A stretch of DNA of 64,000 bases from NCBI GenBank assembly GCA_025786725.1, contig JAHLTZ010000048.1:1-64000 (forward strand), read 5' to 3'. Below the pieces are notes generated by a model. The model ran no database searches, was not told the origin of the DNA, and saw only the letters and a list, made by a program, of their open reading frames with translations. Positions within the stretch are counted from its first letter, which is position 1, and the number at the start of each line of letters is the position of its first letter. This document shows positions 52,331-64,000 of the stretch, one piece after another. The stretch is from Syncephalis fuscata S228 (taxonomy: Eukaryota; Fungi; Zoopagomycota). The translations under genes and the position numbers were made by a program.

Positions 52331-53698
52331 TTAAGCGCGTACATCAATCTTCAAAAGAGCACGCAGATTGCTGCTGTACATCTCGTTAATGAGCATCTTG
52401 TCACCGGTCGATGGTAGTAGCTGACTTGGAGCAGCAGCCATAGAAGCAGATTGTTGCCATTCAGGCAATGGTGTCTGGTGCAGTGGCTGTTGTGGCTGTT
52501 GATGATGGTGGTGGTGGAAATGATACGGCTCCTGAGCTTGAGACATGGTATTCGCTGGCTGGCCAACATAGAATGGATCGCATGGATAAGATGCCGCCGG
52601 CACCGATTGTCTAGGTGGCGGCAGCGTATATGAAGTAGCCGTGGCTGTTTGGGCTGCTTTGCCATATGGATGATTAGCATTGCTACCACGTAGCATGTCC
52701 AATAGTTCACGTGAACGCATGCGCAATGCATCGGTGTTGTCAAAGCTCGCTACCGAGTCTGATGACGACGACGACGACGCTGGCATCGATGTGCTGTACT
52801 CGTTGCTATTAGCAAACAAGTCGGCACCAGACATAGCACGGGTCGGCGATGGTGGTGCACTATAGCCACTGTACTGATGCAGTGACGTCGTAGACGATGC
52901 AGGCGAAAGAGACGGTACTGGACCTGAGTTGGTGCCATTGCTATTCAGCAAAATATCCGGCATAGGCAAACGGGATGCGGCGGGCGAGTTACTGAAGGTA
53001 GGACCGGCATAAGCATGATCGCGTGTTGGTTTGCTAGGTGGCGATGCGGCTACAGGCGATGCACGCTGCTGTTGCTTAATAGGCAATGCTGGCGATTGAC
53101 CAACTGTGGCAATATCTTGATGACGCTGTAATATAACAATTGGAGTGGTGGACGACTGCTTTGAAGCAGAGGATGGCGTCACAGCTGGGGGTGAACGACG
53201 TGCTTTACGTTGTGGTGTAGCAGGTGCAGCTCCATTCTGGCCATGATTATTGGCACGAGGGGTCGTCGACTGTTTGGCACGAGTGTGTTTAGATGCTGCT
53301 TTTGGCGTGGCGGGCAAGTTTTGAACAGCTGTTGTTGCCGCAGCCATCGATGCCATGGCAGCAGTCAGCTTGCTCTTTACCTTGCTCGATGTGATGTTAT
53401 CAGTCGATACTGTCACATTATCCAATGGCTTTTTATCTGAACGAGCACGTGTACGTTTAGGACGATCAGCAGCATTATCTTTACCATTCTTGTTGTTACA
53501 AGGACGTGGGCCTTTCGTGGCAGTAAGATCGGTGGCAGATGCACTCTTCTTTCGAGAAGTAACTTGGACCGAAGCGGAACCATCGGCAATAGCTTTGGTT
53601 GAATCCGTCTTTGATTTACGTTGACCATTTATCGATTTAGCAGACGGCGCGGCCGACTTTGCCACAATACCGATAGGTGCAGATGTGCGGGGAGGCAT
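52331..53698 (-). CDS. PNRC/Edc1-type mRNA decapping activator (disordered)
   Basis: YAGPTFSNSPAASRLPMP (YAGxxF plus LPxP). C-terminal LRALLKI resembles the PNRC2 terminal LxxLL box. Confidence 0.8.
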   Translation of the reverse strand: MPPRTSAPIGIVAKSAAPSAKSINGQRKSKTDSTKAIADGSASVQVTSRKKSASATDLTATKGPRPCNNKNGKDNAADRPKRTRARSDKKPLDNVTVSTDNITSSKVKSKLTAAMASMAAATTAVQNLPATPKAASKHTRAKQSTTPRANNHGQNGAAPATPQRKARRSPPAVTPSSASKQSSTTPIVILQRHQDIATVGQSPALPIKQQQRASPVAASPPSKPTRDHAYAGPTFSNSPAASRLPMPDILLNSNGTNSGPVPSLSPASSTTSLHQYSGYSAPPSPTRAMSGADLFANSNEYSTSMPASSSSSSDSVASFDNTDALRMRSRELLDMLRGSNANHPYGKAAQTATATSYTLPPPRQSVPAASYPCDPFYVGQPANTMSQAQEPYHFHHHHHQQPQQPLHQTPLPEWQQSASMAAAPSQLLPSTGDKMLINEMYSSNLRALLKIDVRA

Positions 53699-55189
53699 GT
53701 TGTGAGGTCGTAGAGTACACAGATGACAAAGAACCGAAAGTTCAACAATTACAAGCACCGATCCGTAGCGGCAAATCAAGCAAACAAAGTTGGCAGTAGT
53801 AGTAGTAGTAGTAAAAGAGTGACAATAAAGATATTACACGCCTATAATAAACAGGCGAATAAACAGAACGGAAGCACAAGGTAGACACACAGGCGCAAAC
53901 ACAGACCAAAAAAACTATAGTATAAGTGAAAAAGCAAACAAGGATGCTAATAAATGAGCACGGCAAATAACGAACAACTCGGTTGAAAAAGATATACGAG
54001 TTGATACAGAGACTGCCAATGCAAAATAGTGTATAGAAATGTGGTCTGTGAATCAGATAAAATACGAGAAAGCGTAAGTGAGTAAGTGCAAGTGCGTGCC
54101 GTTGAAAATGTATCACATAAAACAATCCAATTGACGTAGACTGTGTTGAATATCCGTGATGACGTCAATGATGGTTACAAAGATGGTCGTCGTCGTCGTA
54201 GTTATATTGTTGTTGTTGTTGTTGTTGATATTATAATCAACTTCAGATAAAAATATCAGTAATCGGTGCAGCCAGGCGTGGTAATATCAGTACGGAATAA
54301 AGAGCTGAATATCCGACAAATCCACGTGAGAATAGATGCAACAGAATAGTTAATAAAAGGCCCAAAAGTACCAATGGATAGCTGCGTGCAATACGAGGCT
54401 AGTCAGCAAATGTGTGGTCAAAATGCGATCGTTACAAAGGCGTCGGGGCCAGCACAGCGGGCGATAATATTCTTATAAAATGCGCAAAAACAAAAAATGA
54501 AAACGTATGCTGCGAGCAAAGATATGTATAGCTGTGGTAAATGCCAAAGGTTATTAGGCGTTAACGAATACAACTAAAGAGAAATGCTACTATGTACACA
54601 GCAAAACGAAACGAGAGAAAGAAGCAGCAAGTGTGGTTGGTTGGTTGGTTGGGTATTTGTGTGTGTATATGTGTGTGTGTGTGTGTGGATAAATAGGCAA
54701 CAAACCAAACTGGTTGCTAACAAGCACTAGTACAATATGTGTGTGTCGGCACCCAAATAGAAAAGAAGCCTAGACACCACGGGCCAAGCCGGGAGCAGAA
54801 GCGTATGTTTAAAAAACGAAGCTTAACGAAAGAATAGAGTCGACTATAACGATAGATCGACGATAACGTTTACAGTAGATGTGGTAGAACTGTAGATCGA
54901 GAGAAGGAGCATACACTCAGTAATACGAGGTGATGATCCGTACTAATTGCTGCTGCTATTGTTGCTACTGGTACTCTGTTGCTACTGCAATCAATCACCA
55001 AGCTCTCTAAGGATGTATGCTATATCACGTGCACTAAGAAAAGGCGAGCGTAGAAGCCAAAAAATGATGGCAAACAACGAGGAAATCAACGAAAGTAAAA
55101 CGCACGCACAAAACAAGTCAAACGAAGAACGTAGAGAGTGAGAGTGAGAGTGAGGTGAGTCAAGGTAAAGGAGACACAATCAGTTTAAA

Positions 55190-55480
55190 GTAGTAGTAGT
55201 AGTAGGTAGTAGTAAGTAGTAGTAAGTAGTAGTAGAGTAGTAGTAGTAGTAATAGAGTGTTAAAAAGGATAAAACCTAATGAGCAATCATAGAGAAAGTA
55301 AGAATGTGTGCGTATGGGAACGTACGAAAGAAAGAAAAGAGAAAGGGGCAGAAACCAAAGGCGTTGTGGTGTGTGTCTCGGGTAGAAATAGCAGTATCAA
55401 ATACGTGAATAGAGAAAAGGGGTAGATGCATCATGCTTATTGGTCAGTGGGTAATATGTGTGTGTGTGTGTGTGTGTGTG
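55190..55480. repeat. (TAG)n-like and (GT)n microsatellites upstream of the PNRC-like gene
   Basis: Imperfect TAG array at 55190-55252 and (GT)12 at 55457-55480. Confidence 0.8.
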
Positions 55481-56705
55481 AATGAGTAATTGAATGGCTG
55501 ATAAATTCACTCCATCTAGTTATTGTGTGTATGTATGGTGTGTATGTATATGTATGGTGTGTATGTGTATATGTATAGTGTCATGCGACTTGGTACAAAC
55601 AAGGCTGTTTCCACCCTTGCATGTCCATTAGGCCTTCTCTCCGTTCATTTATTCTATTGTCACGTTGCTTGCTGACGCTCTCACTTGCTCTCTTTTCCGT
55701 TTGGTCCATTGCTCTTTCCCCACAGTATTGAGACAGTGCATGTAAGATTTAGAAACAACTACAAACAGGATAGCTACCTCGTCTCAAATAGAGAATAGAG
55801 GGCTATTAGAAAGGGGCCTATGCTTTATCCATCGCTATACCAATATGTCAATAAACGTGCTGACCCGTTACAAGTTGTATATGCCGATGGCTCATTTCGG
55901 ATCAACGCTCAAGGTGTTATTCCGCTTCCGTAGTGTTAGTAGTTGGCGTGTGATACGAATGAGATAGAAAATATAATTGTCAAATCAAGATAAGTTTTAT
56001 TTATAGATAAATAATAATCTATATTGTATATTGTATATTGTATATTCTAGAAATAATTACTAGAAAAAATGTACTCGTAAACGCCAATTATTAGGTATTT
56101 GGTACAATAGAACCAGTACCAAAATACTGATACAATAGGTACAAATTACACACATAGTAGAAGATTGGTTACACATCGGCTTTATAGTTATAGCGACTTT
56201 GAGCTACAGTTTAACATTTAACACTATTAACTAGGAATTCAGATTGTTTCTGTTGGTGGCTGAATGATTATATTAAATTAATAAACTAAAAGATGTGTAA
56301 TAGTAATATATTATTATTATTAGAGTAAAATAGTTTATAAATGTTTGATGCGGTGGAGTTATTATTACTCCTGTTACTATTATTGCTCCTATTGTTATTA
56401 CTCCTATTGCTATTATTGCTCTTATTATTACTACTTCTATTAATATAAATGTTATTATTGTAGTATAGTGGAAATAAACGACAGAATGAATGAAATAGAA
56501 TAAAAATGAAATTATCAAAAAAATAAAGTGGCGATGATTGTAATAATAGCAATAAAAAACTACGCGTGCTTATTTCTTCACCCAAAATTGAATGAATCTT
56601 TACAAATATTCTAATGATTTACGAACAACAGAAACATAGAACAACAATAGATATGCATAATAGTTCAATCCATTAATGGCGACAGTGGTGTCATTATTGT
56701 TCTTG

Positions 56706-58749
56706 CTATTGCTGTTGTGAATGGTGCGACATAGAATGAAGTCGAAGCATTCTTTCTTCTTCAGGTGAAGGCGTGCGTGGCACTGTAGTGTTGCCATGAT
56801 TGTTATTGTTATTACTGCTGCTATTCGTAGTGCTGCTATGATGGTTTATAATTGTTGTTGGTGTCATCATAGAAGTATTTGTAGTTGTAGTGGTGGTAGT
56901 GGGCATAGGTGTTGAGGCAATACGACGGAATGGTGCAGACATACTCATATCTACGCCGGTTTCTTCTTCCGGTGTAGCTAATAGTGAAGACAATGCGCCA
57001 TATGTATCTGATAGTCCAGGTTGTTGCTGTTGCTGTTGTTGTTGGCTACTTGCTGACCAACGTTGCAATGTACGAGCAATGGATGCAGCATGGCTACTAC
57101 TATTGTTGTTATTACTTTGTACTTCAGATGGAATGGTGGGTAATGTCGTGGTCGACATTGAACGTAGACGAGTCGATGTAGGGGCAGATACAGATGATGA
57201 TGATGATGACGATGAAAGTGTAATAATGGGTGTATTACGTTGACTATTTAAATTACGTTGTTGCTGTAAAGCTCGAATATGTTGTTGGCGCTGTTCAATT
57301 GTTTGTTGATTCAACAATTGAAGTAGTCGTCTCCGTGTGGCATCAGCACGCTCTTGATGACCAGCTACACCGCCACTATTGCTATTAGGCGTAGTAGCAG
57401 CTGTTGTGGTAGCTGGTGTTGTACTAGCACTATCTAAGCCTTGGATAGGAAACTCGGGCATTGTTTCGGCAAATGGTGATGGCAGTGGAAATGCTGCCGA
57501 TCCAAAGTTTGAGTTAAAGTTTGGCAACGATGGAAACGGTACATGTGGATTGCCAGGCTCATAGAGTGGCGTATTAGCAAGACTGGTACTGGCACTAGTA
57601 TTGGCACTGGTACTTGTATTGCTATTGGCATGAAGACTGGGTGGTGCACCTGCCACAACTGATGACCGACGACGGGCCCGTATTAATGGATGTCGGAAAG
57701 CAGCAGCCGCAGCGGCAATGGCTACTGGATTGGGTTCGCCCAAGGGTGGTGTGGCCGAACTTGCACCTAAATTAGGTGAGGCAATAGCCGAGTTGTGGCC
57801 ACTATTGTCGCCGGGTACATCAAGCATATGAGATCCACTTCCACCTCCATTGGCTCCAGTATTGCCTAGTCGAGATAATACGCGTAGAAATGGCGATGAA
57901 GCAGTCGATGTGGGCCGTGTTGGTGCTGCACTGGTATCGGCGCTAGATGGATGCGATGAGTGATGGCCTGATTCACTTGCCATACTATCTCGTCGACTGG
58001 CCAGTGTTGAACGCCATGGCCGAACTGTACCCGATCGAGATAAACGTGGCATATTGGCCCAGTTCACATATCGTTCATCGTTATTGGCACTGCTGCTCTG
58101 TTGTTGTTGTTGTCCATCTGTATCCAATTCTAGCCACTCGGCCAATTCATCTGCTGTCACGCTAAACGGCATCTCCATAACCGGTGATGATATTGATGTT
58201 ACCTCTTCATGAAGTGCTTCGGTTAGTTGGCGCAATAACGTATAAGAGTCGCTATTACTATTACTGCTACTATTGCCGTTGTTGTTGCTATTCTGATTAA
58301 TATTGCTTAGTGTGTTACGACGCAAAGCAGCTAATGAACCGGTATCAGTGGTGGAATAACCACGTAGACGATTTTGTGCATCAGGATAAGGTGATGCACG
58401 GTAGCGTGTCTTGCGATGTCGGCGATATACTTCCTGTTGTAGTTATTAAAAATTATGCAATTAATATGCTATTTGCTAATAGATAAATGACTATTTACCT
58501 TGACAAAATTATCAAAAGCCCGGCGAATTGAACGGTCATTTTCATCAAATGAAGTAACAAAGGCTTCAAAGTTAAAATCATGCTATACATAATACATTTA
58601 TCGTTAATATACATAACCATTAGTATGCCAGCTATATCCATTCTATTTACCTGATTGTCGCGGATAATTTGACTCATCGACTCTTGAAACAGCGTCTTCA
58701 CCTTGCATAGTAGATCATTCTCGTAAGCAGATTGCGACCAACGACCCAT
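56706..58749 (-). CDS. Hypothetical protein: short helical N-terminal domain plus long Ser/Gln/Thr low-complexity region (3 exons)
   Basis: MGRWSQSAYENDLLCKVKTLFQESMSQIIRDNQ|HDFNFEAFVTSFDENDRSIRRAFDNFVK|EVYRRHRKTRYRASPY joined in frame, through two GT-AG introns, to the 539-aa ORF. Confidence 0.7.
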
Positions 58750-59795
58750 GCTGTAGCAATTCTCACTTGTTTAATTGTTAATTTGTACGAGTACGCGTGG
58801 ATCGACACTCGTACAAGAACGTCGTATTGAGATGTTGTTGTTGTTGTTGTTGGTTGAAGATAGGAAACAGCTGGTGGTCTGGTCGTTAGAAAAAGCGTGC
58901 AAACCAGCGCATAGATAGAAAGTTCAGCGGTATGCAGTATCCTCGTCAAATGCAAACTACAAGTTTGTCAATATCATCCAAGGAAATCGTTGGAGGATCA
59001 GCATATACGTACCACAGTTTGCAATCGTAAGAGTAACAACGGCAAAACTAATACTAGAATAAAGAGCGCTAACAGATTGTTGTTATTTAGGTAGTCCAAA
59101 ATATGGCATGCCAGAGGAAAAAAGTGTTATGTGCGTGTGTGGTGAAAGTAAGTTGAAAAAATCCTTTGAAAAATGAAAAAGATAGCTTTTGTTGTGATGT
59201 GGCTGAATATGTATTTGTTTATGTGTGTATTATTTGTGTGTGTGTGTGTGGAGAAAAGTCGCTCTTTAGATATTAAAAGAAAAATTATGTTACAAATCAA
59301 AACTTATACAAACACACACACACACACTTGCATGCATATAGACAGTGCTGTTATGGCTATTATTTGATTCGCCTTAGCAACAATGAAAACCCGTCCAGTA
59401 AAATAAGATCACATTGGCTTGTATTAGCGTTCAGGTAGAAACGTGGTTATACTATATACAGAAGTATAGTCCCATGTATTTGCAGTCTACTTTGTAGAAA
59501 GGACCAAGTGGCTGGATGTTTTGTAAAAAGAAAATAATGTCCATTTTGAAACGACGGCCTTGATCAGAAATAACCTGTAACAATACTTGTTAATAAACAA
59601 TATTGATTGGCATTAGCCATTGGTTGTCCATTTAAAGACAATATTGGCCATAATTCTTGCTATCCAGTATTCTTAAAACTAAATTCATTATGGATATGAT
59701 CGATTAGTAAAAGTTTAAAGTAGCACATTCGATTGGTAATAGTTTATTTAAGCCATACTGTTGTTGTAACTATTGATCAATGACTGACTAGGCAA

Positions 59796-60991
59796 TTACT
59801 CAGTCTCCATTGGCGCAACATCGGTGGAGGCAGCGGCTGTTTCACCACGGGTCGGTGCAAGACGGGCCAAATAGTCGGTTAGAGCATCTCCTTCAATCAC
59901 TGTAAATGACTGGTCAATGCCAACATAGGCTACACTCGCGTTCTTTATATCTAGCGTCTTGTCTTGTTGTAACGTTGCTTGTAGTGCAGTTAATCCTTCA
60001 TGAATTAAAGTATCCAATGGGGCTATACAATAATACGTTCGTTAATTTATTTCATTATAATCAACCGCTAACATAAATACTAAAGTGTAAACACTTACCA
60101 TCGCTAAATTCTCATATTGTCGCTCCAAATATGTCTTGGCCGATTGACCTCGCGATCCAATGGCCATGGCGTAGTATTCAAAGTTATTGCCCGATGGCGA
60201 GCACTCAAATAGATGTGGACCCGTTTCCTAATTATTTTACAGTTAGTTAAAACATTTATTTCTAATTTATTTATACATTTTGACTGTATTATATTTACTA
60301 GCAATCTACTTACATCGCATCCAATGACCAATAGACCAACACCGTATGGACGACCACCATAATTCTGCGTGTTAACTTGTGCCTCTATTGCCGTATCGAT
60401 AATTAAAATAATAATAATAATAATGCATTTACTATTAACCACTTACTGTCGGCCAATGCTGATACAATTCGTCCTACTGGCAATGGTCGTTCAAATAGCA
60501 TTTTTGATCGCATTGCTTCTGTACGCATATAATTGCTAAATACCGTCCATAGATCAATGAATAAATATATGCGTAAATCTAGCTGCTTTGCCCTATCGTT
60601 CTTTGCTATCTATTTACCTAATAACGCGTGCATCTGAAGTTAGACCGGCAATAGCAATGCCCATATGGTTATCGATACGTAGAATCTTCTTCTGATAAGA
60701 GGCTAAATCACCTGGTGTTCGCTATACCGCCATACTTGTCAATAATGTAGCTTGTTATAGTAAAAGCCGATTCTAAGCGTCAGTTACCTTAACTGCTACC
60801 AAGACAGCATGCGTCTTAGAGCGCAGTCCTACAGCCGCAGAGCCCTGTTTCACCGCCTCCAATGCATACTCGACCTGATGAAGACGGCCCTGCGGACTCC
60901 ATACGGAGATGTCGCTATCGTACTGATTACGAAACTAAATAGCTTCTCTATCAATAACAATATAGCCACGATCGCTCATTAAACTTACCAT
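59796..60991 (-). CDS. PRE5: 20S proteasome subunit alpha-6 (PSMA1/Pre5)
   Basis: M|[81 protein letters not shown]-only first exon. Needs +1 nt at ~60107. Confidence 0.95.
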
Positions 60992-61391
60992 GTTTGCAAT
61001 AAAATAGTAGAACTACCAGGTACGCTGTTATAAACGGCAAAAAAACAATGACAATAGTAGTAAGATGGCCAAGAGTGACGACGACACGATAAATTGAACG
61101 GTGTTCAACAAACTGTGTGCGTCATCCTCGACAATAATATGACAGCAAGAACTGGCAATATTTCAACAGTTCTTACTTTAATCACCGGATAATTGACTGT
61201 GCTAACCAATAATAATAAATCTTGTCGTTTAACAAAAAACTGAGTCATACATCCAAAATTAATATTACGAATATTGTTGTCGTTTTTAGTATCAATATTA
61301 CTATCGCTTTTGTTGTTTCCAAGGCTTTAACAAGACATTGACTATCGATTTTCTGTTATATTCTTATCCAATTGTCAAATAGCAAGTATTC

Positions 61392-64000
61392 ATGTTGCCT
61401 CGTTCTATTACGGAACTCTGTCATAACCCAGAAGGCTGGGTAAGTATTGCTATTGTCTATACGGATTCAACTAGATGTGCTTACTCATCAATGACGCGTA
61501 CAGGGGCCGTGGAGCAGAAGGCGTACCTTTGACTTTACGCCATGCTTTCTAGAGACGTATGTGAATGCACAAAGCTAAAGATAAAGATAAAATAAATAAT
61601 AACTAATTGCTCTATGTTATATACAGCGTGGTGGTAACCATACCATGGTTTCTAATGGCTATTGTGGCCAGTGTTCGTATAGAAGAGCTACGCAGTCGAT
61701 CGGAACTGGCTAGCAACCTAACCAAATCCCGATTATACATCACTAAAATGGTAAGAAAATGATTAATAGCTATTTATAAACCCAGCTTATTGATGCTAAT
61801 CTATAATAACTAGTCTATTCTGGGTGCTATGTTGGGCGTTACTGTCTATGATTTTGTCTATTTGCTAATCCATCAATCATCAGTGGTTGTAACCAGTAGT
61901 AATCTATCGGATATCTTTTTAATAACGGCTATGGTAAACCATTACTACAGATTAGCCATAATTCACTAACTTATCAATTTATAGATTGTGGCTATTATCC
62001 TACAACACTATGAACATACACGTAATCGCATTCCTTCGTCTATCTTTCTTCTTTTCTGGCCTGTTGCGTTGATGGCCGATGTTATACAAATCAGGTCATG
62101 GATACTACGCGATATTAGTCACAAGGAGAATACTCGATTCTGGCTATTATTGGTGCGCACTACTTGTAGTCTACTTGCTTTCATCGTCGAATTTATTCGT
62201 AAACCAGTATTGGACTATCAAAGCATTGGCGATCATCAGGTAAGCAAGTTTATTCATTTATAATATGCACTAATAAAGTATATATATATATAGGATTTAA
62301 GTATAGAAGAAAAATCCAATATCTATTCCTATCTCACCTTCCAATGGATGTCACCGATATTGGCACTTGGTTATCAAAGACCATTAGTAATGAACGATCT
62401 TTGGTCAGTAGTATATATATATATATAATATATATAATAGCATTTGCATAAATATCTAATAATATACACTATTAGGCCTGTATCTTCTAAACATCGTACT
62501 CGTTATGTTTCATCCTTATTCGATAATTGTTGGAATTATTACTTGAACCGTGGACAGTAAGTATCAATAGACGTATTAGTAAATACAAAATACTAATCTA
62601 TTAATAATTAGACCTTCATTAGTTAAAACACTTGTTTATTCATTTGGATCCAAAATGCTTGTATCAGGTGTAAGTATTGTTATTAAATCCACTATTTGTA
62701 GTTATAATAACATTGTTAATCATTTACATAGGTATGCAAGTTTATCCACGATCTTTTGGCATTTGTTCAACCATTTCTACTTAGCAAATTAATGATATTT
62801 GTTAGTTCATATGCGACTAAACATCCTTTGCCTGCTTATCAAGGATTTCTTATATCAGGTAATTAGATATTTTATTATACGCGTAATACACTAACGTGTA
62901 TTAAAGGATCCATGTTTTTGGCTACATTAATACAGACGTGCTTTTTACATCAATATTTTCAACTATCTCAAGTAACAGGCATGAATGTAAGTAGATAGTC
63001 ACTTTCTGGCTATATATCTAAACAAGTAATAGGTACGTACGGCTATGAGTACGGCTATTTACCGTAAAGCACTTCGACTGTCCAATGCATCACGACAAAA
63101 ATATACAACCGGAGAAATAGTTAATATGATGAGTGTTGATGCTCAACGATGTGAAAGTTTGTGTAATTTTCTACATCTACTATGGAGTAGTAAGTATTTG
63201 TATTTATAGTAACCATCTATAATAATAATAATTATACAAATTACAGGTCCATTTCAAATCATTCTGGCACTTGCCATGCTTTATAGAACACTGGGTTGGA
63301 GTGCACTTGCTGGTGTAGCTATTATGGTATTATCAATTCCGGCCAATGCAAAAGTTGCAACTTATTTGCGATCATTACAATTGCAACAAATGAAGAACAA
63401 AGATCAACGTACCAAATTGATGGTAATTAGTTAACGTTATTTGAAATATATACTAATACATGAATGAATAGGATGAAATTCTAAGTGGTATTAAGGTTAT
63501 CAAGGTAATAAATACAAATACACTAATTAGTACGTAATTAACTATTTGATGATTAGTTGTATGCCTGGGAGATTCCATTCTTTAAAAAGGTAAGTAAATC
63601 TTATATTAATACCAAGTAAATACGTATATATTTATACACATTAGATTCGAGCCATTCGTAATGATCGAGAATTGAAAACATTGAAAAATACGGTATTGGT
63701 GTTGCTTCTTTATCATTTATCACTGGACTTGGTTCTATACTTGTTAGTTTGGCTACCTTTGGTGTCTATGCTTTACTGGATGGTAAATCGCATGGTCCAC
63801 TTGATGCCAGTCTTATTTTCGTATCACTTTCTCTATTCAATCTACTGGGTTTCCCGTTGTCCGCCTTCCCACAAGTCATCACCTTTGTCATTGAAGCATC
63901 GGTATCTGTGACTCGTGTTTTCAATTACTTAACTAGTGAAGATTGGATATTACTGCCGTGAAGCGCACTTCACTTTCTGCCCATGCAGAGACTGGTGAAT
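61392..64000 (+). CDS. ABCC/MRP (Ycf1-like) ABC transporter, 5' part; continues past the window
   Basis: TMD0 start CHNPEGWGP...[74 protein letters not shown]. Confidence 0.92.

Noticed and set aside
56350-56445. 15-18 nt degenerate tandem repeat giving SNNRSNN / IIT ORFs
   Set aside because: A simple minisatellite downstream of the 56706 stop codon. It is not CRISPR-like (no unique spacers) and not convincingly coding.
1-64000. U11, U12, U4atac, tRNA, rRNA, CRISPR arrays, transposase or reverse-transcriptase ORFs
   Set aside because: None recognised by eye. A covariance-model and HMM search is needed to exclude divergent copies.

Overview
AT-rich, intron-dense eukaryotic DNA from an early-diverging fungus. 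The gene families and short GT-AG introns suggest Zoopagomycota, Syncephalis-like; this is inference only. About 22 protein genes were spliced by hand: CHMP7/Cmp7, a Med30-like protein, a PPR protein, acyl-CoA thioesterase II, Hus1, a 7TM receptor-like protein, ethanolamine kinase, malate synthase, Bfr1, an orphan non-RD kinase, an F-box protein, lipoate-protein ligase, an HRI-type eIF2alpha kinase, Brx1, a CECR5-type HAD hydrolase, a small secreted protein, a DH-PH RhoGEF, an RBR/C2H2 protein, a PNRC/Edc1-type decapping activator, a conserved hypothetical protein, proteasome alpha6 and the 5' part of an ABCC transporter. The main result is evidence for a minor (U12-type) spliceosome, which the ORF track does not show. 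There is a U6atac snRNA gene at 4451-4611 with a GGC catalytic triad, an insert that could fold back over the catalytic core, and a plant-like USE+TATA promoter. There is also an AT-AC intron (ATATCCTTT...AC, 30691-30788) directly after the catalytic lysine codon of the lipoate ligase. Other observations: a ~1.06 kb recently copied repeat, older fold-back repeat modules, an RBR protein with its catalytic Cys replaced by Ser, three GC-AG introns, and many single-base homopolymer deletions that are probably assembly errors.
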